Shown here in pieces: positions 19,749 through 28,971 of a stretch of 64,000 nt of DNA. Position 1 is the stretch's first letter; each line of letters starts with the position of its first letter. The stretch is from Vicinamibacterales bacterium (lineage in GTDB: Bacteria; Acidobacteriota; Vicinamibacteria; Vicinamibacterales; JAMQPK01), in NCBI GenBank assembly GCA_963821375.1, contig CAWGDN010000001.1, forward strand, positions 45,589-109,588. The letters run 5' to 3'. The notes under the pieces are model-generated. The model made no database searches. It was not told the DNA's origin and was given only the letters and a program-made list of their open reading frames with translations. The position numbers were made by a program, and so were the translations under genes.

Positions 19749-21586
19749 ACGAACGTTCCCGTGGGTCGCTGGATCTCCGCGGCCCGATCGGCCGGGACAA
19801 CCTGCTGAAGATCGACGTAGAGCCGGAAGAGGCGCACACCCCGCTGGCGGCACAGTTGCTCGGTGTCGCGAATTCGATCACCGTGCACGAGCTGGGAGCT
19901 GATGACGACGCACTCGACCTTGCCAGCGTTGATGAGCTTGACGAGGGTGTCATAGCCGCCCAGCACGGAATAGCCGTGCACGCGCATCCGATGCTTCGTC
20001 GCATCGTCGTCGATGAAGCCCCGCATCCGGTACTGTGCGTCCGGCTGCCCCAACAGTTCTTCCAGCGCCCAGTGGCTTCGTCCTCCGGCGCCATAGACGA
20101 CAAGGTCGGATCCTCTCCGCCGCCGTTGAACGAATTCGCTGATCAGCCTGAACGATGCGCGTGATCCGATGATCATCAACAGCAACAGCGCCGCGTAGAT
20201 CACGAACGCGGCTCGCGAGTATCCGCGAAACCGCCCGATGAAAACAAAGACGCAAATGACTGCTCCGGTGCCGGCCAGCACGCCCTTGCCGACCGCGACC
20301 GCGTCCATGAGGCTGAAGTATCTCCACACGCCGCGGTACACGCGAAACAGAAACAGGAAGCAGAGCTGCACCGCCACAACGAGCGGGAGGGACTCGAGGA
20401 ACTTCGAGAAGTTCGCTGAAAACTCGGATCCCTCGAACCTCAGACGATAGGCCAGATAGTAGGACGCCGCGATGAGGCAAAAATCGAGCAGGATTTCGGC
20501 AACCCTGCGCTTGTACATGAAGTCTGCGACGACGCGGGTCACCCGCCCCGAGCGAGCGCCGGAGTCCTCGGTGTCCTCGTAGACCTGAATATTCATGAGG
20601 TATGCGGCGAAGACCGCCATCGCCAGAAGGATGATTACGGTCAACGGGGTCGTCCAACTTACGCTCACGTGGCGCATCAACAGCCCGGCGGAGCCACCCA
20701 GTATCGCCAGCCCCCACAGCACCAGCACGGCACGTCGCTCGCTGAGACCGATGGCGACGAGTCGATGCGACGCATGGTCGCGGCCACCGCGCGAGGGTGA
20801 CCTCCCGGATCGTAGCCGCGAGACGGTAACCAGCGCGGTGTCGAAGAGCGGTATCAGCAGAACCAGCAGCGGCGCCGCTACGACGGAGATCACGTTGGGC
20901 TCCGTGACGCGCTGGTTGTCTGACGACAGCGTGAGGGCCGACAGCGTAAGACCAATGAAGAGACTGCCGCTGTCGCCCATGAAAATGGACGCGGGAGAAA
21001 AGTTGAAGACCAGGAAACCCAGCATCGAACCGAGGAGCAGCGATCCGTAGACGGTCGTCGGCATCGGTTCGAGTGCCGGCAGTGCACCCACGAGGAGCGC
21101 AGCAGCCGCGATGCTGGCGATGCCGGCACACAAGCCGTCCATATTGTCGAGCAGGTTGAATGCGTTCGTCACGCCAACGATCCAGAGAATGGTGAGCAGC
21201 GAATCGAGCGTCCTCGATTCAATCCAGTTCAGCTGGTATCCGGAGAACACGAAGATCGAGGCGGCGACGATCTGGAAGACGAGCTTCGTCGACGCCTTCA
21301 GCGACACGACGTCGTCGACGAGACCGACGCACAGGAGGCCGAAGCCGCACAACAGCAGGAGCAGTGTTTCGAGGGGAGCACCAGAGACGAGCCAGCCGAT
21401 CAAGACCGAAAGGCCGATCGCCAGGCCGCCGAGCAGCGCCGTGGGTTTCTTGTGCCAGCGATCGTCAGTCGGCGTAGCGACGTAGCCGCGCCGGAACGCG
21501 GCCGCCCGGCACAGCGGCGTCAGCGCAACCGAAAGTGCGAACCCGAGGGCGACATAGCCGACGACCTCCACAATCGCTGATGGCAC
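19745..21586 (-). CDS. WecA/MraY-type polyprenyl-phosphate N-acetylhexosamine-1-phosphate transferase fused to a C-terminal 4-TM plus Rossmann-like module
   Basis: N-terminal half has VDDVVSLKA, VTNAFNLLDNMDGL and MGDSGSLFIG (PNPT motifs). C-terminal half has ILLDFCLIAASYYLAYRLRF...VYRGVWRYFS followed by LVVYGAGGRSHWALEEL...GFIDDD...GYSVLGGYDTLVKLINAGKVECVVIS, which resembles the N-terminal module of WbaP/CapD-type proteins. Confidence 0.8.
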   Translation of the reverse strand: MPSAIVEVVGYVALGFALSVALTPLCRAAAFRRGYVATPTDDRWHKKPTALLGGLAIGLSVLIGWLVSGAPLETLLLLLCGFGLLCVGLVDDVVSLKASTKLVFQIVAASIFVFSGYQLNWIESRTLDSLLTILWIVGVTNAFNLLDNMDGLCAGIASIAAAALLVGALPALEPMPTTVYGSLLLGSMLGFLVFNFSPASIFMGDSGSLFIGLTLSALTLSSDNQRVTEPNVISVVAAPLLVLLIPLFDTALVTVSRLRSGRSPSRGGRDHASHRLVAIGLSERRAVLVLWGLAILGGSAGLLMRHVSVSWTTPLTVIILLAMAVFAAYLMNIQVYEDTEDSGARSGRVTRVVADFMYKRRVAEILLDFCLIAASYYLAYRLRFEGSEFSANFSKFLESLPLVVAVQLCFLFLFRVYRGVWRYFSLMDAVAVGKGVLAGTGAVICVFVFIGRFRGYSRAAFVIYAALLLLMIIGSRASFRLISEFVQRRRRGSDLVVYGAGGRSHWALEELLGQPDAQYRMRGFIDDDATKHRMRVHGYSVLGGYDTLVKLINAGKVECVVISSQLVHGDRIRDTEQLCRQRGVRLFRLYVDLQQVVPADRAAEIQRPTGTFV

Positions 21587-21607
21587 TGCCTTCCCCCGAA
21601 GCCTCGG

Positions 21608-22609
21608 TCATGGACGATGGGCGACGCTCGTCTCCGCGGCGTCCCGGCTGCGAGTCAGCCGCTCGACGTCCGCATCCACCATCATCTCGATCAGCCGCTT
21701 GAAGTCGACCTTCTGCTCCCAGCCCAGCACGCGCTTCCCTTTGGACGGATCGCCGATGAGGTGATCGACCTCGGCCGGCCGCAGGAGGCTGGGATCCGTC
21801 CTGACGTACTTCTGCCACTCGAGTCCCACGCGCGTAAACGCGACCTCGACGAGATCACGGACCGAGTGACTGACGCCCGTGGCGATGACATAGTCGTCAG
21901 CCGTAGGCTGCTGCAGCATCATCCACATCGCGCGCACGTAGTCGCCCGCAAAGCCCCAGTCGCGATGGGCGTCGAGGTTGCCGAGCGCCAGCGAGTCGGC
22001 CAAGCCCAGCTTGATGCGGGCGACCCCGTCTGTCACCTTCCGCGAGACGAACTCGAGCCCGCGCCGCGGAGACTCGTGATTGAAAAGAATGCCCGACACC
22101 GCGAACAGGTCGTAGCTTTCGCGGTAGTTGACGGTGATGTAGTGACCGAAGACCTTCGAGACGCCGTATGGGCTGCGGGGATAGAACGGCGTATTTTCCG
22201 TCTGGGGAACCTCGCGCACCTTGCCGAACATCTCGCTCGACGACGCCTGATAGAACCGGATCTTCGGGTTCACGGTACGGACGGCGTCAAGGACGCGCGT
22301 CACTCCCTGCGAGTTGAACTCTCCCGTCAGAAGCGGCGTATCCCACGAGGCGGGCACGAACGACATGGCCGCGAGGTTGTAGAACTCGTCGGGCTTGTGG
22401 GTCTCGAGAATACGGATGATGGAGAGCTGGTCGAGCAGATCCCCCGGGCAGAGCGTGATGCGATCGCGAAAATGATCGATGCGCCAGTCGTTGGGCGCGC
22501 TCAGGCGGCGTGCGACGCCGAAAACCTCATAACCCTTTTCGAGAAGCAGCTCGGCGAGATAGGAACCATCCTGTCCGGTGATACCGGTGATGACCGCGCG
22601 CTTCGACAT
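21608..22609 (-). CDS. gmd: GDP-mannose 4,6-dehydratase
   Basis: [26 protein letters not shown]; YGVSKV catalytic YxxxK; typical length of 333 aa. Confidence 0.9.
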   Translation of the reverse strand: MSKRAVITGITGQDGSYLAELLLEKGYEVFGVARRLSAPNDWRIDHFRDRITLCPGDLLDQLSIIRILETHKPDEFYNLAAMSFVPASWDTPLLTGEFNSQGVTRVLDAVRTVNPKIRFYQASSSEMFGKVREVPQTENTPFYPRSPYGVSKVFGHYITVNYRESYDLFAVSGILFNHESPRRGLEFVSRKVTDGVARIKLGLADSLALGNLDAHRDWGFAGDYVRAMWMMLQQPTADDYVIATGVSHSVRDLVEVAFTRVGLEWQKYVRTDPSLLRPAEVDHLIGDPSKGKRVLGWEQKVDFKRLIEMMVDADVERLTRSRDAAETSVAHRP

Positions 22610-22621
22610 CCGCGGGAGATC

Positions 22622-23452
22622 TTACGCCAAATACCTGCGCAGCGCATCTTGCCATTCGGGCATCGGATAGATCCCACGGAGCTTCTTGTTGTCGAGCGCC
22701 GCGAACTGCGGGCGCGGCGCGCGCAGTGTCACGTCGCTGACCGTGATCGGCCGGAGTAGGCTCGAACTATCCTTCCCCATGATCCTGGCCATCTCTTCTG
22801 CGATCTCGAACCACGTGCCGTACCCGGTTCCGACGCAGTGATACAACCCCGGTTCGCCGCGCTCGATGACGGCGCGCGTGGCCGCGGCCACATCTGCGAC
22901 GTAGCTTGGCGAAACTGTCCGGTCAACGAACACGTTGGCCTCTCGATCCTGCGCGATCGCGTCGCGGATGCGATCGATCGAGCTTCTCGCCGCCCGGCCA
23001 CCGAACAGGCTCTCCACGCGGAGCACGAAGGCGCGCGGCACTTCCAGCGCAAACCACTCGCCGATTAGCTTGGATTGGGCGTATACGCTCTGGGGATTTG
23101 GCGGATCCTCTTCCGTGTACGGCCTGCTCGTGCGGCCGTCGAACACGAAGTCCGTACTGTAGTGGACCAGAGTGGCGCCCACATCGGTCGCGGCCTGCGC
23201 CAGACAGCGAACGGCAAAGCCGTTCACCTCCAGGGCAATCGCGGCGTCGTCCTGGGCGCGCTCCACGTCGTTGAACGACGCGCAATTGATGATGACGTCG
23301 GGCCGGTCGGTCCGGACTCGATTCATCACGGCATCGACGCTGGTCACGTCCAGGTCCGCGTGCGAGTACGCGCGCACGTCGCTTTGCTCGAACGACTCGG
23401 CGATCATGCCAGCCAGCTGGCCCCTGGCGCCTGTGATGAGAACCTTCTTCAT
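22622..23452 (-). CDS. RmlD-family NAD(P)H-dependent 4-keto-6-deoxy sugar-nucleotide reductase
   Basis: KVLITGARGQLAG Rossmann motif and YAQSKLIGE (YxxxK). Start set at MKKVLITG. Lies immediately downstream of gmd. Confidence 0.75.
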   Translation of the reverse strand: MKKVLITGARGQLAGMIAESFEQSDVRAYSHADLDVTSVDAVMNRVRTDRPDVIINCASFNDVERAQDDAAIALEVNGFAVRCLAQAATDVGATLVHYSTDFVFDGRTSRPYTEEDPPNPQSVYAQSKLIGEWFALEVPRAFVLRVESLFGGRAARSSIDRIRDAIAQDREANVFVDRTVSPSYVADVAAATRAVIERGEPGLYHCVGTGYGTWFEIAEEMARIMGKDSSSLLRPITVSDVTLRAPRPQFAALDNKKLRGIYPMPEWQDALRRYLA

Positions 23453-23490
23453 GAGTCCCGGGGCCCCCTGCCCCACTCCGGCGCTTCGCT

Positions 23491-23970
23491 TTACCGCTTG
23501 CGTTGCTTGATCGCGGCGCGCGTCTCTCTTTCGACCTCGCGCTTCTTGATCGCGTCGCGCTTGTCGTGGGCCTGCTTCCCCTTCGCCAGAGCGAGCGCGA
23601 CCTTGACCCGTCCGTTCTTGAAGTACATGCGCAGAGGCACGAGCGTCATGCCGCGCTCCACGGTCTTGCCGATCAGTTTGCGAATCTCGTGGCGATGCAG
23701 CAGAAGCTTGCGCTCGCGCATCGGCGCATGATCGGCGTAGCCGCGATGGCTGTAGGGCTGAATGTGCACGTTGTAGAGAAACACTTCGCCGCGTTGCACC
23801 TGAGCATAGCTATCGCGGAGGTTCACACGCCCCTCGCGGATCGACTTCACTTCTGTGCCGAGAAGCGCCACTCCCGCCTCGAGGGTGTCAAGGATGTGAT
23901 AGTCGTGGAACGCCTTGCGATTCTCGGCGATGTTCTTCTGCGCGGCGAGGCGCTCTGATCGTTCGGCCAT
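23491..23970 (-). CDS. smpB: SsrA-binding protein
   Basis: NRKAFHDYHILDTLEAGVALLGTEVKSIREGRVNL...RKLLLHRHEI. Start at MAERSERL (ATGA overlap with the pdxA stop). Confidence 0.9.
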   Translation of the reverse strand: MAERSERLAAQKNIAENRKAFHDYHILDTLEAGVALLGTEVKSIREGRVNLRDSYAQVQRGEVFLYNVHIQPYSHRGYADHAPMRERKLLLHRHEIRKLIGKTVERGMTLVPLRMYFKNGRVKVALALAKGKQAHDKRDAIKKREVERETRAAIKQRKR

Positions 23971-24845
23971 CACGCGGCGCGGCCGTTGGCCGCCAATCTG
24001 GCGGCGAGCACGATCGCCTGGACCATGCTTTCGGGATTGGCCAGGCCCCGGCCGGCGATGTCGAATGCCGTGCCGTGATCGACCGACGTGCGCACGATGG
24101 GCAGGCCGAGTGTGACGTTGACAGCTTCTCCGAAGGCAGCCAGCTTGACGGGAATCAGTCCTTGATCGTGATAACACGCGATGACGGCATCGAACTCACC
24201 CCGCATCGCGCGCACGAACACCGTATCACCTGGCAATGGCCCGACGACGTCGACCGACGCCGCCCGGCATCGGGCAACGGCCGGTTCGAGCGCGTCTATC
24301 TCTTCACGCCCGAGCAGCCCGTGTTCGCCGGCATGCGGATTGAGGCCGGCAAGCGCGAGCCGCGGACGAGGGTATCCGAACCGCGGAAGCTCGCGATGCG
24401 TCAACTCGATGACTCCAGCGACCGCGTCGGCCGTCAGCGCGGCCGGCACCTGCGCCAGCGGGATGTGAATGGTCGCGAGCACCACGCGCAGTTTTTCCGA
24501 CCAGAACATCATCGCCACTCGATCTGCCGCCGTCAGCGAGGCCAGCATGTCGGTGTGCCCGCGCCACGGAAGGCCCGCCTTGGCCAGCGCCTCCTTATTA
24601 AGAGGCGCCGTGGCGATGCCGTGGATTCCACCGGCTTGCGCATCGCGCACGGCGCGAACGATCGCGTCGTACGCCGCACGCCCCGCGTCGGCGGAGAGCA
24701 CGCCAGGCGGAAACTCGCGCTCGGGCCCGTAGTAGAGCGGCTCGCATACCGCGCGCACGCGAGAGTCCCCGATCGCCTTCCGCGCGATCTCAGGTCCGAT
24801 GCCCGCCGGGTCGCCGGCGGTGATGCCAATTCTTGGGAACAACAT
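23970..24845 (-). CDS. pdxA: 4-hydroxythreonine-4-phosphate dehydrogenase
   Basis: GDPAGIGPEI, GHTDMLA, LNPHAGEHG, CYHDQGLIP, SVDHGTAFDIAG. Confidence 0.9.
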   Translation of the reverse strand: MLFPRIGITAGDPAGIGPEIARKAIGDSRVRAVCEPLYYGPEREFPPGVLSADAGRAAYDAIVRAVRDAQAGGIHGIATAPLNKEALAKAGLPWRGHTDMLASLTAADRVAMMFWSEKLRVVLATIHIPLAQVPAALTADAVAGVIELTHRELPRFGYPRPRLALAGLNPHAGEHGLLGREEIDALEPAVARCRAASVDVVGPLPGDTVFVRAMRGEFDAVIACYHDQGLIPVKLAAFGEAVNVTLGLPIVRTSVDHGTAFDIAGRGLANPESMVQAIVLAARLAANGRAA

Positions 24846-24863
24846 CCGTCAGGAAGGTCGCGC

Positions 24864-25649
24864 TCAGCGGCAGCTCCCGCAACCGCCGGCACCGCACGAA
24901 CCGCAGCCGCCCGTTCCGCATCCAGTGGGGTTGCTGCACCCGCCTTCGTCGCCGCAGCCGCCCCCTCTCACCCCTTTCGCGTTCGGCAACTCGTACCGCA
25001 GGCAGCACTTGAGCCGCCCGCACAGGCCCGAGAGCCGAGACGGATTCAGGCTGAGATCCTGCTGCTTGGCCATCTTGATCGACACCGGCTCGAAGCTGTT
25101 GAGCCACGTCGTACAGCAGAGCGGCCGCCCGCACGATCCGTATCCGCCGAGCATCTTGGCTTCGTCGCGCGCGCCGATCTGCCGCATCTCGATGCGCGTG
25201 TGGAACTCCGACGCCAGCTCGCGAACGAGCTCGCGGAAATCGACACGGCCTTCGGCCGTGAAATAGAAGATCAGACGGGAACCGTCGAAGAGCTGCTCGA
25301 CGCGGGTGAGCTTCATCTCGAGCCCCCGCTCGCGAATCTTGAGCAGCGCGATTCGATAGGCCTCCTGCTCTCGGTGCTGTCGCTTGAGCCGGACAGTCAC
25401 GTCCTCCGGCGTGGCTCGCCGGACGACGCGGCTCGGTGAGGCCTCTGCAGGCCTGCGTCGCTCGCTGAGGAAATCGGGCATCCGCACCACCGATCCGAGC
25501 GCCGCTCCGCTCTCGGTCTGCACTACGACTTGCTCGCCCGCAGCCGGCGGCGTCCCTGCCGCCAGCGCGTCGTCCAGCAGAAACGTCTGTGGCCGCCCGA
25601 TCGGGGCGAACTTCACCGATATGTATCGATGGGGCGGCCTAGTGAACAT
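24864..25649 (-). CDS. PSP1 domain protein (RicT/YaaT-like) with Cys/Gly-rich tail
   Basis: FYFTAEGRVDFRELVRELASEFHTRIEMRQIG, GSCGRPLCCTTWL, CGRLKCCLRYE. Start at MFTRPPHRYISV. Tail is GGGCGDEGGCSNPTGCGTGGCGSCGAGGCGSC. Confidence 0.8.
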   Translation of the reverse strand: MFTRPPHRYISVKFAPIGRPQTFLLDDALAAGTPPAAGEQVVVQTESGAALGSVVRMPDFLSERRRPAEASPSRVVRRATPEDVTVRLKRQHREQEAYRIALLKIRERGLEMKLTRVEQLFDGSRLIFYFTAEGRVDFRELVRELASEFHTRIEMRQIGARDEAKMLGGYGSCGRPLCCTTWLNSFEPVSIKMAKQQDLSLNPSRLSGLCGRLKCCLRYELPNAKGVRGGGCGDEGGCSNPTGCGTGGCGSCGAGGCGSCR

Positions 25650-26634
25650 GCAAGGACACCCAATCCGCAACGACCTTCGGGCTGACGTTGCCGTCGAGCG
25701 CGTTCTGGGCGTTTGTGACTGCCGCGAACGCCCGAGCGGCGCGGTCCGACCCCAACGCTCGCGCCAGCGGCTCGAGCGCGGCGCGGCGATCGAGGTTTGC
25801 CAGGAGCCGCGCGTCCGCGCCGCTCGCCAGCAAACCGACATCGCGAAGCAGCGACGAGAGCGCCTGCAGCCGCGCGCCAAAATGCGCGCGTTCCTCCGGC
25901 GCCGGCCCTCCGCCCTTGAGCAGGCCTTTCGCGTGCTCCAGCCGGGTTTTTGCGTCCCGTCCAGCAACGCCGAGCAAGTCTTCGGCCTCGGCACGAGCGG
26001 CCTCGAACTCGTCGGCCTGCAGTTCCAACGCCCGCGCCAGGCTGCCTTCCGACGCCGCAGCGGCCTTCAGTGCATCAGCTCGCGAAAAGCGATGTTTGCG
26101 CTCGAGAACGGCAGCGACGTCCGCGGTCTCGAGCCGCGCGAAGCGCAACTGAGCACATCGCGATCGAACTGTCGGCAGCAGCGTATCGGGCGTCGACGTC
26201 ACCAGTATGAACACGGACGCCGGCAACGGCTCTTCGAGCGTCTTCAGGAGCGCGTTCTGCGCTTGCGACGTGAGTGCGTCGGCCCCATCAATGATGGCAA
26301 TACGGCGGCGCCCCTCGAAAGGACGGTAGACCGCTCGGTCGATTGCCGCGCGCACCTGATCGATCTTGATGGCCCCTGTTTCGCCCGGCTCGACGATCAG
26401 CACGTCGGCATGCACCCCCCGGGCGATGCGGGCGCAGGAACTGCATTCTCCGCACGCGTCCTGCCCGTCCCGGCGCGTGCAGTTCAGCATCTGCGCGATG
26501 GCGACGGCGGTCAGCTTCTTGCCGACGCCTTCTGGACCGGCAAGGATCAGGCTTGGTGTGAGCGAGTCTTGCGCAATCGCCCGCGCCAGAAGGCTCACCA
26601 GCCGACGATGCCCGACCACGTCGCGGAACGCCAT
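25639..26634 (-). CDS. holB: DNA polymerase III subunit delta-prime
   Basis: LILAGPEGVGKK, zinc module CGECSSCARI, NALLKTLEEP. Confidence 0.85.
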   Translation of the reverse strand: MAFRDVVGHRRLVSLLARAIAQDSLTPSLILAGPEGVGKKLTAVAIAQMLNCTRRDGQDACGECSSCARIARGVHADVLIVEPGETGAIKIDQVRAAIDRAVYRPFEGRRRIAIIDGADALTSQAQNALLKTLEEPLPASVFILVTSTPDTLLPTVRSRCAQLRFARLETADVAAVLERKHRFSRADALKAAAASEGSLARALELQADEFEAARAEAEDLLGVAGRDAKTRLEHAKGLLKGGGPAPEERAHFGARLQALSSLLRDVGLLASGADARLLANLDRRAALEPLARALGSDRAARAFAAVTNAQNALDGNVSPKVVADWVSLHVH

Positions 26635-26710
26635 GATGGCCGAATCCTACCACGCGCTCGGGCGCTGAAACTGCGATACTCTCGTATCGTACGCCTCGCC
26701 TCACGTACCC

Positions 26711-27787
26711 ATGAGATATCTCGTCGTCTGGTTGAGTCTGTCGCTCGCATGGCTTGCCGGCTGCAACCGCGCCGCACCGCGCGAGGCAGATCCGGAGCCA
26801 AGCGCGCTCGTGACCGCGGAACCCGTCCGGCTGGGAACCATTCGCTCCAGCGTAAGCGCCACTGGCGTAGTCACCACGCTGCCGGGCGCTGAATTCGGGG
26901 TGCGCGCACACCAACTCGCACGGATTGCCGAGATCACAAAAGTAGCCGGCGATGCGATCAAGAGCGGTGAGCTGCTGGTTCGCTTCGAGTTTCCATCGCT
27001 CAATGCCCAGCAAGCGCTCAGCAGCGCCAATCTGAAATCGGCCGACCTCCGCGTGCGGCAGGCGCGCCTGATGCGGGAGCGCGTTCAAGGGCTCATCGCG
27101 CGCGGTGCCGCGTCTCAGCGGGAGTTGGACGACGCAGAGCGCGAGGTGACGTTGGCGGAGGGAGAACTGGCCGTCGCGACCGCGGCCGCGCACGCGGCCG
27201 AGTCGGCTGGACAGAACACCGCCATTCGCGCGCCGTTCAACGGCACAGTTGTGGAGCGGCTCAAAAATCCCGGCGACTCAGTCGGACCCGACGACAAGGA
27301 ACCCATCCTCCGTCTGATCGACCCCACACAAGTTCAGGTCACCGCCACCCTCGCCATTCGCGACCTCACTCGTTTCGTTGTGGGCGCGTCGGCACGAGCC
27401 GTCGCCGAAGGCAAGCCGGCGCCAGAGCTGTTGCGCGTGATGTCGCGTCCGTCCGCCGAAGCAGGCGCCACGAGCGTGAGCGTGCCTCTTTCGTTCGACA
27501 TGCCCACGACGCTGGCGCCAGGCACTCAGGTGGGCGTCGAAATCGACGCGGAACAACACTCCAATGTCGCGCTCGTGCCGGCAATCGCCGTCGTCAAGAG
27601 CGCGGCTGGTGCCGCTGAGGTCGTTGTCGCTGTTGGGGACATCGCCCAACGGCGACCGGTCGTAGTGGGCCTCGAGGATGCACAGAACATCGAAATTGTC
27701 TCGGGCGTGAAAGCCGGCGAGCTCGTGATTACGCAGGGGCACACCGGGCTCCGTGATGGCGCACGAATCGCTGCAACTCCTCCATAG
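26711..27787 (+). CDS. Efflux transporter periplasmic adaptor (membrane fusion protein, HlyD/RND-MFP family), lipoprotein
   Basis: Lipobox LAWLAGC, coiled-coil hairpin region, IRAPFNGTVVERLKNPGDSV, EIVSGVKAGELVI. Confidence 0.8.
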   Translation: MRYLVVWLSLSLAWLAGCNRAAPREADPEPSALVTAEPVRLGTIRSSVSATGVVTTLPGAEFGVRAHQLARIAEITKVAGDAIKSGELLVRFEFPSLNAQQALSSANLKSADLRVRQARLMRERVQGLIARGAASQRELDDAEREVTLAEGELAVATAAAHAAESAGQNTAIRAPFNGTVVERLKNPGDSVGPDDKEPILRLIDPTQVQVTATLAIRDLTRFVVGASARAVAEGKPAPELLRVMSRPSAEAGATSVSVPLSFDMPTTLAPGTQVGVEIDAEQHSNVALVPAIAVVKSAAGAAEVVVAVGDIAQRRPVVVGLEDAQNIEIVSGVKAGELVITQGHTGLRDGARIAATPP

Positions 27788-27869
27788 ACGGGAGAGCCTT
27801 CGAACGCTATAGTGACCCGCTCTGCTGTTTTTGCGGCTGCTGACGCCGCGCCACCCAAGGAGGATAGAC

Positions 27870-28950
27870 GTGAAGCGCATGCTTTTCGCCGTGACATTGT
27901 GCGTGGCCCTCGGGTTCGTTGCCTTCCAGGCGCAGGGACAGCCACCTGCCAGAGGTCAGGCGCCGGGCCCCAGCGCCGATCCGTATGCGAACAACCCGGA
28001 CGCGGGCAAGACCAAATTCCCTTGGCAGCGCCGGCCGGCAAGGACAGCGGCGCCAAAGACGACGCCGCTCCCCGGCGGCGTCAATCCGGGCTCGATCGAT
28101 CCCTCGACCTGGAAGTACGGACCGCAGTTCCGCCCGCCGACGGGACGCCAAGATCTGGAATCCGGTCAAGGCGAAGCTGATGGCGGGCGGCAAGGTGACC
28201 GGCGGCACGCGTGTTCAGCTCGACCGATCCGCTCACGTACTGCGCGATGGCCAATGCCGGCTACGACTTCATCTGGACCGAGATGCAGCACAACGATCGC
28301 GACTGGTCGCAGGCCGCGCGCATGTGGCGGACCTGCCCGAACGCGAAAGCCGTCCCGGGTGTGCGCGTCGCCTACGCCGACGAGCGTGAGATTCAGCGCG
28401 CGACCGACGCCGGCGCTCTCGTGATCGTCGTGCCCACGGTCGACACGGTGGAGGAAGCCATCGCGGCGCGCAACTGGACGTACTTCCCGCCGCTCGGCCG
28501 GCGCAGCCAGGGCGGCGGCCAGGGCTTCGAGTGCCGACATGTGGGGCAGCGTCCCCGGCGGCTATCGCGCAACGGCCAACGACAACATCGTGCTGATCCT
28601 GATGATCGAGACGATCGAGGGCGTGAAGAACGCGCACGAGATCGCCAAGATACCAGGCGTCGACGCGCTCTTCGCGGCGAGCGGCGACCTGGGCAACTTC
28701 TCCGGCTTCGCGCAGGGTTCGCCCGACTATGAGCGCCTGATCAACGTCGTGCATGACGCCGCGCATCGGCGCTGGCAAGAAGCTGTGCGGACCCTATCGC
28801 CTGGCGCGACCGACCCGACTTCACGTGCTTCCAGAACGGAGCGAGACGGCCGCCATCGCGCGCGCGGTTGCCGCCGAGCTCGGCCCGCTGCAGACACGCA
28901 GGGGAAGGTCGAGGTCGGACCCTTCGCTGCTCCGAGCAAGTAAGAAGTAA
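27870..28950 (+). pseudogene. HpcH/HpaI-family aldolase with N-terminal signal peptide and low-complexity linker; several apparent frameshifts
   Basis: RBS aaggagga, then GTG 27870 / ATG 27879, giving MLFAVTLCVALGFVAFQAQG. The family sequence is spread over at least 4 track ORFs in different frames: KIWNPVKAKLMAGGKVTGG / FSSTDPLTYCAMANAGYDFIWTEMQHN...VIVVPTVDTVEEA / IVLILMIETIEGVKNAHEIAKIPGVDALFAASGDL / GKKLCGPY. The exact end is uncertain. Confidence 0.6.
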
Positions 28951-28971
28951 GAAGTAGAAAGTAAGAAGTAG
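28938..28971. repeat. Purine-rich short tandem repeat (GTAAGAA-like units)
   Basis: aagtaagaagtaagaagtagaaagtaagaagtag lies directly after the aldolase stop region. Confidence 0.7.
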
